Origin: an uncultured delta proteobacterium
Lineage (GTDB): Bacteria; Desulfobacterota; Desulfomonilia; Desulfomonilales; Desulfomonilaceae
DNA: 64,000 nt
Direction: 5' to 3'
Assembly (NCBI GenBank): GCA_963789265.1
Contig: CAWBKB010000001.1
Coordinates: 1,984,001-2,048,000 of the forward strand
Positions 57,169 to 64,000 of this stretch are shown in pieces; position 1 is the first letter of the stretch; each line of letters starts with the position of its first letter. The translations under genes and the position numbers were made by a program. The notes beneath the pieces are model-generated. The model was given only the letters and a program-made list of their open reading frames with translations, was not told the origin of the DNA and made no database searches.

Positions 57169-58164
57169 TCAGATAACGTATGCATTGGACCTGTAGACGC
57201 CAATGTTGCGTTCCATCCAGTCAATGGTTTTTCTGAGACCCTGCTCGAGTGTATGTTGCGGCTGCCAACCAAGGATTTGCCTGGCTTTACGACTGTCCGC
57301 GCACAGACGATAAACTTCGCTCTTTTCCGGCCGTTGCCGCTGGATCTCCGATTCGATGGGCAATTCTTTGCCTAGCACCCGTAGGATTGTGCCGGCCAAC
57401 TCTTTGACGGAGATCTCTTGGCCGGTCCCCAGGTTCATCACCTGACCGACCGCTTCTTTACGCTCGGCCGCAAGGATGAAGCCTTCAACTGTGTCCGCGA
57501 CAAAATTGAGATCTCGTGTGGGTTCCAGATTCCCCAGGCGCAAGGAAGACTCTTTGAGCGCCTGGCTTATGATGGTGGGGATTATCGCTCTGGCTGATTG
57601 TCTCGGTCCGTAACAGTTGAAAGGGCGAACTATCGCGACGGGCAGGCCGTACGATCGGTGAAAGGCTTCGGCCATCATGTCGGCTGCTATCTTACTCGCG
57701 GAGTAAGGAGATTGTCCCTGCAGAATGTGTTTCTCATCAATCGGAACGTATTGAGCAGTTCCGTAAACCTCGCTGGTGGAAGTGTGCACAATCTTCCGAA
57801 CTTCACCGGCGAGCGCTTCGTGAAGTACGTTCAGCGTCCCTTCCACGTTCGTTTGCACGTAAGAGAGCGGAGCACGGTATGAATAGGGTATGGCGACCAG
57901 AGCTGCCAAATGGAAAACGGTGTCTGCGCCCCGCATGGCAGCTCGTACAGTGTCACGGTCGCGCACGTCGCCGAGGATTATTTCGACGGAGTCTTTTGCA
58001 GCCGAACTGTCGAGCCATCCCCACGAATTGGACGAATTGTATCGGACCAGCGCCTTGGTTCGGGCGCCCAATGTAACCAGCCGCTCGGCCAGGTGACTGC
58101 CTATAAAGCCCCCTGCTCCCGTCACCAGGACAGTTCTCCTGGTCCAATCCGCGGCCGCGTTCAC
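57169..58164 (-). CDS. NAD-dependent 4,6-dehydratase (LegB-like)
   Basis: GAGGFIGSHL, AIPYSY, TSTSEVYG, SPYSASK, YGPRQSARA. Confidence 0.88.
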   Translation of the reverse strand: MNAAADWTRRTVLVTGAGGFIGSHLAERLVTLGARTKALVRYNSSNSWGWLDSSAAKDSVEIILGDVRDRDTVRAAMRGADTVFHLAALVAIPYSYRAPLSYVQTNVEGTLNVLHEALAGEVRKIVHTSTSEVYGTAQYVPIDEKHILQGQSPYSASKIAADMMAEAFHRSYGLPVAIVRPFNCYGPRQSARAIIPTIISQALKESSLRLGNLEPTRDLNFVADTVEGFILAAERKEAVGQVMNLGTGQEISVKELAGTILRVLGKELPIESEIQRQRPEKSEVYRLCADSRKARQILGWQPQHTLEQGLRKTIDWMERNIGVYRSNAYVI

Positions 58165-59231
58165 AATGCCCCTTTCGCGTAGTCGCTTAACGCTCTCTCG
58201 TAGTCCTCCAACTTTCCGATATCTTGCCAGTACTCTCGAACAGGAAAACTCACCACCCGGTAGTTTTCTTGAAGGAGACGTCTGACCAGATCAGGTATGT
58301 CATAGCGTTGTCCTTCCGGAATCAAACTACAGACTCCGGGACTGAGGAGGTAAATGCCGGCATTTACAAACTGGCGGATGACCGGCTTCTCAGAGATTCC
58401 CGTGATATCAACCCCATTGGTCTCGATCACTCCATACGGAACCTCTATATCGTACTGCTTCACAGCGATCGTCATGTGAGCGCCATGATCCTCATGGAAA
58501 TTCATCATTGCACGAAAATCCACTGACGTCAGTACGTCTCCATTAATTACCAGCAACGGTTCCTCACACGCGGCCAAATGGCACAATGCGCCGGCTGTTC
58601 CAAGAGGCTCGCCCTCACCCACGTAATTCATTTGGACCCCGTAGCCCCGTCCATCGCCGAAATATTGTTCGATCACTTCCCGCTTGTAATGAGTAGTGAC
58701 GTGGACACTCCTAATTCCCGATTCCCGTAACTGGCCTATTATCCTCTCCAGGAGAGGTTTATCGCCGACCGGTAGCATGGGTTTGGGAACAACTTCGGTG
58801 AGAGGCCGCAACCGAATGCCGTATCCTCCCGCCATGACCACGGCCTTTAGAGGCGACTCTCCGCCCTGAACCAGGTCCCGGAGCAGCACCAGATCGACGA
58901 GGCGCTGCCGGTCGTCAAGCAGAGGGATGTGCCGTAAGAAGTCCTTCTTCATAAGGCGTAATAGTTCGGCATCGGGGGTTCCTACCGGGGCGGTGACAGG
59001 TTCAGGATTGGGCTTGCAGGCTCGATTCTCCAGGAGATCCTTCACCGGGGAATCAAGATCGAACGAGGCCAGGATGGCCCGCCGGATGTCCCCATCCGTT
59101 ACTGTTCCTACGAGTCGGCCTTGGGAATCCGCCACGAGGACGATTTCTTTTCCGTTGCGGTCGATGCAGGCCATCGCCTCTTTTATGGAAGCGGAGGGCG
59201 CAATACATAAGTCAGATAAGTTAGGGCGCAT
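58161..59231 (-). CDS. CBS-domain nucleotidyltransferase (PtmE-like)
   Basis: GTVTDGDIRR CBS pair; MAGGYGIRLRPLT..PKPML, PLGTAG, NGD, WQDIG. Confidence 0.88.
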   Translation of the reverse strand: MRPNLSDLCIAPSASIKEAMACIDRNGKEIVLVADSQGRLVGTVTDGDIRRAILASFDLDSPVKDLLENRACKPNPEPVTAPVGTPDAELLRLMKKDFLRHIPLLDDRQRLVDLVLLRDLVQGGESPLKAVVMAGGYGIRLRPLTEVVPKPMLPVGDKPLLERIIGQLRESGIRSVHVTTHYKREVIEQYFGDGRGYGVQMNYVGEGEPLGTAGALCHLAACEEPLLVINGDVLTSVDFRAMMNFHEDHGAHMTIAVKQYDIEVPYGVIETNGVDITGISEKPVIRQFVNAGIYLLSPGVCSLIPEGQRYDIPDLVRRLLQENYRVVSFPVREYWQDIGKLEDYERALSDYAKGAL

Positions 59232-59271
59232 GATCGCCTTTCTTCTCAAATCAGTCGGGTAGAAGAAGTTT

Positions 59272-60482
59272 TCACGAAACCGGATGCCGTAATTTCCACT
59301 CTTCGTTCACTTTTTTCCACAGATGCGGGGATCTGAACTTGTCGCATAACTCATGGAACCGGTCCGGTTTCAGGCCGACGTAGTCCATTACTTCGTTGAA
59401 ATACAGATCGGGAAACTCTCCATCAAAACGACGGACCAACGTAACGCCCTCTTCGCGGGTGAGGTGCTTGTTGCGAATTTCCTGCGAAGCGTCATAAGAA
59501 GCCCTGCCGAGACCGAACTTAATGTAGGTCGTGTAATAGTGCAAGTCGTCGATCTTGTCGTCGATGCTATTGTATTTGCTGTACGTGCCCTGCGATCGAA
59601 ACGGCCGGGCCTGAAAACCGGTATGCTCCGCTGCGTAATAATAAGCCTCCTGCGGAATCCATTTGACATAATACCCGAGGTAATGGACCTCTACAGGGAT
59701 TTCTTCCATCTCCTCGGCATCCAGCGGCAGGTAGGCCATAAGATCGGCCAGATTCAAGTCGTAGGTGTCCAACAGCTCCCGTATCGACACACCGCCAAGA
59801 TAGATCCCCTCGAGGTTCTGCATCGTGTAAAACGATTTGTCCCGCAAAGAAGTCCGGTTGTCCGCAATGGGATTTCCGTATTCCGCCTCATTCTCGCCGT
59901 AAAAGACTAGCGGAATTTTCCATTTCACCGCGATTTTCGGTCCGATGTTCTTTTTGGCCAAGAATAAAAGTCTGGAAAGGATGCAGCAGGTTCTCGATTC
60001 CAAGCCTTGTGAGAAGCCGGGCCACCTTCCCATTTTGCTTGAAGGCTATGTTGTCGAAACCTCCGACGGCTATCCAGTTGAGGTAGTTCTGCAGTCCGTA
60101 ATCGGTGTAAAGCAGCGGCGACCACGTGACTGTGAGGGGATGCATGCCGTACTTGTATTTCAACAAATGGGCGGCATACGCGCTGTCCTTGCCGCCGCTG
60201 CCGGGCAAGATGCAATCGTACTGTCCGTCGTTCCGTCGGTGTTTGTCGAGCAGTCTCAAAAGTTTCTTGTTCCCTCGCGTCCCAATCCGTTTGCTCTTTC
60301 TTTTCCGCGTAACGACAAGCGTCGCATAGCCCGTCTTCACCAATGCGCAAGGTCGGCGCCCTTCTGTCCGGTTTGTGCCTGAACTCCGGGTACGAGTTGG
60401 GTCGCTGATTAGACATCACACACCGTTTGCAAAAGACCACTTCACTAGGAAGCCCGTAATATGCTTCAAGATCTTCAGGCAT
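59272..60482 (-). CDS. N-acetyl sugar amidotransferase (WbuX/PseA/PtmG-like); +1 frameshifts near 60263 and 59953
   Basis: CKRCVMSNQRP, CDAC, PP-loop SGGKDS, YGENEAEYG, SIDDKIDD, KFGLGRA. Confidence 0.88.
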
Positions 60483-60489
60483 TCTCCTC

Positions 60490-61202
60490 CTACTCCTGGT
60501 TCCCGCTATTTCCCAGCAACACCTTAAGCCGTTCGTACATTCTCAATCCGTCCGGACCACTTCGCTCGGGATGAAATTGAAAGGCGCATACATTTCCGCG
60601 TTTGAGGCTGGAACAGAATTCCAGATCGCCGTATTTACTTGTTGAGAGCGTAACCTCGGGATTCTGCGGTACTGCATAGAACGAGTGAACAAGGTACATG
60701 TGTACGTCCCGTCCCTTAAATCGTGCAAAGGAGTCCCAATCCAGGGGTCTCGTCGGTCCGCTGAGGATCCTTCTTGAGCTTGGAGGGGATTGGGCCGGAA
60801 GATACGGTTCCACCCGATCTGAGGAACTTTCAAAGGGCCACGCGGACCGTGGGGCTTCTCGAAGCGCACTACCGGGCCGTCTACGATACTCAGCCCTTTA
60901 TGCAGACCGAATTCCTGACTCTCGGTCATCAACAACTGTAGTCCAAGGCATATACCGATCAAGGGTTTTGCGGAGGCGGCCAAATCTTTGAGGGGCTCGA
61001 CCAAGTCCAGCCTGTGAAGCGAATTCATTGCATCGCCGAACGCTCCCACCCCGGGCAAGATCACTGCATCTGCGGAGAGAATATGCCTTTTCTCCGCAGT
61101 GATCAAAGCGCGTATGCCCACATGCTCGCAGGCATGTTGCACGCTGAAAAGGTTTCCGAGACCGAGATCGACTATGGCCAGTTGAGGTCCGCGATCGTCC
61201 AT
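60490..61202 (-). CDS. HisH-like glutaminase subunit (WbuY-type); frameshift near 60700
   Basis: GNLFSV, LPGVGAF, GICLGLQ, VPQIGWN, YLVHSF, QFHPERS. Confidence 0.87.
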
Positions 61203-61204
61203 GT

Positions 61205-62065
61205 TCAGTCCGACTTCTGAAAGCGGCAGTTCAGGCCGAGGTCGGTCAGATAGCCTTTGAGCTCCGGTATAGAAGCATCCTGAATCTTGGGTCCCGGGGC
61301 ACCCTTACGAAGAAACTCGATGTTGCCCTCATCGTGGAAGTCATCGCCGTTCGGTGGACGATGTCTAGCACAGTTGTAATGAAACATTGAAGCTATACTC
61401 ACTGCGTCCGCTTTTCCTTCGATCACCACATCTGCAACATGATTCGGAGCGCCTGCGCCTCCGGAGGCTATGACCGGTATAGAAACCGACTCCGCGATCT
61501 TCCTGGTGAGTTCCAGATCAAAACCTTTGCCTGTCCCTTCCATGTTTATTGAGGTCACAAGGAGCTCTCCGGCGCCAAGTTCGGTTGCTCGTAAAGCCCA
61601 TTCGAACGCGTCCAGCCCTGTCCGCTCTCGCCCGTAGTCCGTGTACTGCTCGTATGTGCCATCTGATTTTCTGATTGCCTCAATCGACACTACTATTGTC
61701 GACGAGCCAAAAGTGCGGGTCGCTTCTTCTATAAGAGCAGGCCGTCGTACTGCGGCGGTGTTTATGGCAACCTTGTCTGCTCCTGCTCTCAATGCTTCAC
61801 GTATGTCCTCTAAGTTCCTCAACCCGCCGCCTACAACCAAGGGTATAAAAATCTCTCTCGCGGTTCGTTGTATAATTTGATTGAGACTGTTCCTGCCGTA
61901 GAGGCTGGCAACCGCATCGATGTAAATCAATTCGTCCGCGCCGGTCTCATAATAGTGCCTGGCGAAGTATTCGGGTTTACCGAGCACGCGAAGGCCCTCG
62001 AAATTGATGCCTTTCACCAAATTGGGCCCTTTGATGTCAAGTCGAGGTATAATGCGAACGTTCAC
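61205..62065 (-). CDS. HisF-like subunit (WbuZ-type) for acetamidino modification
   Basis: RIIPRLDIKGPNLVKG, ASLYGR, GGGLR, GADKV, ASGGAG; located inside a sugar operon. Confidence 0.87.
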   Translation of the reverse strand: MNVRIIPRLDIKGPNLVKGINFEGLRVLGKPEYFARHYYETGADELIYIDAVASLYGRNSLNQIIQRTAREIFIPLVVGGGLRNLEDIREALRAGADKVAINTAAVRRPALIEEATRTFGSSTIVVSIEAIRKSDGTYEQYTDYGRERTGLDAFEWALRATELGAGELLVTSINMEGTGKGFDLELTRKIAESVSIPVIASGGAGAPNHVADVVIEGKADAVSIASMFHYNCARHRPPNGDDFHDEGNIEFLRKGAPGPKIQDASIPELKGYLTDLGLNCRFQKSD

Positions 62066-62090
62066 TGGTGAACCTGATGCATCGCTTTGT

Positions 62091-62768
62091 CTACGAGCCC
62101 GATATCTTCGCTGGGATTACTGTCGGCCTGGCTGGAACGCCCAAGACCATGGTACGAGGAGGGACATCTTCCACCACCACCGCGCCGGCACCTACAATTG
62201 CTGCCTCGCCTATGGAGATCAACTGTCTGACAGCAGCTCCGCACCCAATGTGAGCTTCGGCGCCAACCCGCACTGTGCTGGCCAGTACAGCGCCGCTGGC
62301 CACATGGACATGATCGCCGATCACGCAATCATGCTCAACCACGGCACCACTGTTGACTATGACATTGCGACCGAGTTTCGCACCCGTGTTCACAATGCAT
62401 CCCGGAAGCAATTGGCAGCCTGCACCGATTTCAGCCCACGGGGAACAAAGTGACGTCGGGTGTTTAATCGTCAGCGGACGCAAGCCCTTAGAAATCCCAT
62501 GTTGAAAAAGTCGCTTGCGGGGCCGATTGTCACCCACTGCACCGACACCTACAACAAAGAATCCCGCCCCGTCTGCTATGACTTCCGGCAAAATTGAATC
62601 GTCGCCGAGAATTGGAACATCCAGCAACCTTTGGCCCCATCGGGAACTATCCTGGTCGAGAATAACCAAAGATAACCGGGAATTATTAGTTCGCAAACTT
62701 TCGATTAAGACCTTTGCGTGACCGCCTCCCCCGAATATCACGCACAGATTCGTTGAATGTACCGGCAT
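62091..62768 (-). CDS. NeuD/PglD-like hexapeptide acetyltransferase
   Basis: GGGGHAKV, VVEHDCVIGDHVH, hexapeptide repeats, GVPARP. Confidence 0.9.
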   Translation of the reverse strand: MPVHSTNLCVIFGGGGHAKVLIESLRTNNSRLSLVILDQDSSRWGQRLLDVPILGDDSILPEVIADGAGFFVVGVGAVGDNRPRKRLFQHGISKGLRPLTIKHPTSLCSPWAEIGAGCQLLPGCIVNTGAKLGRNVIVNSGAVVEHDCVIGDHVHVASGAVLASTVRVGAEAHIGCGAAVRQLISIGEAAIVGAGAVVVEDVPPRTMVLGVPARPTVIPAKISGS

Positions 62769-62778
62769 TTGATAAGTC

Positions 62779-63828
62779 TCAATCCAGGAGATCCAGAGTG
62801 ATGACCGAGTTCACACCAAGATCCAGGCGGGTCTTGCGCCCTATTATCTTCGCCATATAAGTGGGCGCCAGCCCTCCGGAGCTGCGGCGCAGGGTCAGAT
62901 CTTCAGCCACGATGGTCCGACCCGCCGGAATCGGCCGGGCCGCCACGACAAATTTTCTCGCAACGAGTCTCATCCGGAGTTCTGAAGGCGTCGGCACTTT
63001 GACTCCATCCCCCAGTGCGCTCTCTACCACACGAACCGCTTCAACCATAGAAGCGAATTCAACAGGATTTAAAGAGGCATTGTGGTCCGGTCCCGACATA
63101 GCCCGGTCGAGGGTCAGGTGCTTCTCGATGAGTCGTGCGCCCCTGGCTACGGCTGCCAGAGTAACTTCAAAGCGGGGTGTGTGATCCGAAAATCCCACCG
63201 GATAGCCGAAAGTCTGCGCCAGAGTATCCATAGCCCTGAGGTTGCACCACGCAGGCTGAGCCGGGTAATCCGACACGCAGTGTAAGAGGATCAATTCGGC
63301 GTTGCCGGTCCTCTCGATGGTACGGACTGCTGCTTCCACCTCGGCGAGATAGGCCATACCCGTGGAAAGTATGACCGACTTGCCCTTAAGCGCCACTCGT
63401 CGGAGGAAAGCCAGGTTCGCAACATCTCCGGACGCAATCTTGAAGCACGGGAGGCCGAGATCTTCGAGGAAATCTGCGCTGTCATCATCGTGAGGAGTTG
63501 AAAGGAAAAGAATGCCATTGCTGTCAGCATAGCATTTCAATTCGGTAAACTCGCCCTGACTCAATTCCAGTTGTTTAAGCATCTCGTACTGGCCTAAATG
63601 GTCGGGGACGTTACGGCGTTGATAATCGGCCATCTCAGCTTCAGGCGTGGCAAGTTTATCGGCCCGGAACGTCTGAAATTTGACCGCATCGGCGCCGACA
63701 TTCAGCGCCGCATCAACTAGCTTTTTCGCGGTCTCAACATCCCCGTTATGGTTGACCCCGGCTTCGGCAACGATAAAACAGCGTTCATCCGGGCTTATTC
63801 GAAATGCTCCGACATTAACCGACTTCAT
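62779..63828 (-). CDS. neuB: Nonulosonic acid synthase (NeuB/LegI) with SAF domain
   Basis: AEAGVNHNG, ADAVKFQ, KIASG, LSTGM, LHCVSDYP, GFSDHT, IEKH, GPDH. Confidence 0.93.
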   Translation of the reverse strand: MKSVNVGAFRISPDERCFIVAEAGVNHNGDVETAKKLVDAALNVGADAVKFQTFRADKLATPEAEMADYQRRNVPDHLGQYEMLKQLELSQGEFTELKCYADSNGILFLSTPHDDDSADFLEDLGLPCFKIASGDVANLAFLRRVALKGKSVILSTGMAYLAEVEAAVRTIERTGNAELILLHCVSDYPAQPAWCNLRAMDTLAQTFGYPVGFSDHTPRFEVTLAAVARGARLIEKHLTLDRAMSGPDHNASLNPVEFASMVEAVRVVESALGDGVKVPTPSELRMRLVARKFVVAARPIPAGRTIVAEDLTLRRSSGGLAPTYMAKIIGRKTRLDLGVNSVITLDLLD

Positions 63829-64000
63829 TTCGGTAGCGATCCTTTAAGATCAAATCCGCCAGGTACAGGTCCCAGGGAGTGTCGATATCCAGCGACCGTT
63901 CGGGTGGCATGATAAACGAAAAGGTGTTGTCCGTGTCAAATGTTTCTCGTTGCATCAATATTTCGTAACGAGCCAAGTAAAGGGCTCCGTTTAGAACATA
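63815..64000 (-). CDS. neuA: CMP-nonulosonate synthetase (NeuA/LegF), 3' end only
   Basis: Manual translation gives YVLNGALYLA...MPPERSLDIDTPWDLYLADLIL; the gene runs off the window. Confidence 0.85.
   Translation of the reverse strand, partial: YVLNGALYLARYEILMQRETFDTDNTFSFIMPPERSLDIDTPWDLYLADLILKDRYRNEVG

Noticed and set aside
60490..62065. hisH/hisF for histidine biosynthesis
   Set aside because: They sit in a nonulosonic acid operon next to a sugar amidotransferase and are paralogs of the WbuY/WbuZ type.

Overview
A 64-kb piece of bacterial chromosome, inferred from gene content and intergenic repeat style to come from an anaerobic deltaproteobacterium (Desulfobacterota, possibly Desulfomonile-like). 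From left to right it contains: the end of a glutamate synthase-related gene; ubiE/menG; a repeat-flanked PIN toxin/partner pair; RNase P RNA; a GlpD-like/FGGY kinase/alkyl-DHAP-synthase-like cluster; an orphan NusG paralog; a pseudokinase; housekeeping genes (dciA, mog, speD, cdaA-cdaR, mreB, ahbA); a nitrogen-assimilation locus (GAF-type sigma54 activator, three amt+P-II pairs, glnA, nadE); an RsbRST stressosome module ending in a histidine kinase; and the distal end of a legionaminic-acid-type operon with acetamidino-modification genes. Three things stand out. (1) Each amt-P-II pair has its own consensus sigma54 promoter plus a pair of TAC-N6-GTA palindromes about 104-145 bp upstream, the motif type known for the alternative-nitrogenase activators AnfA/VnfA, with one more site in front of the activator gene. 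(2) The long region upstream of speD has terminator/antiterminator architecture. (3) MITE-like elements share terminal inverted repeats but carry different REP-like cargo. About 14 indels, mostly +1 in short runs, break otherwise intact genes and are most likely assembly errors. No CRISPR array, rRNA, tRNA, prophage or transposase was seen. All calls were made by eye from motifs; no searches were run.
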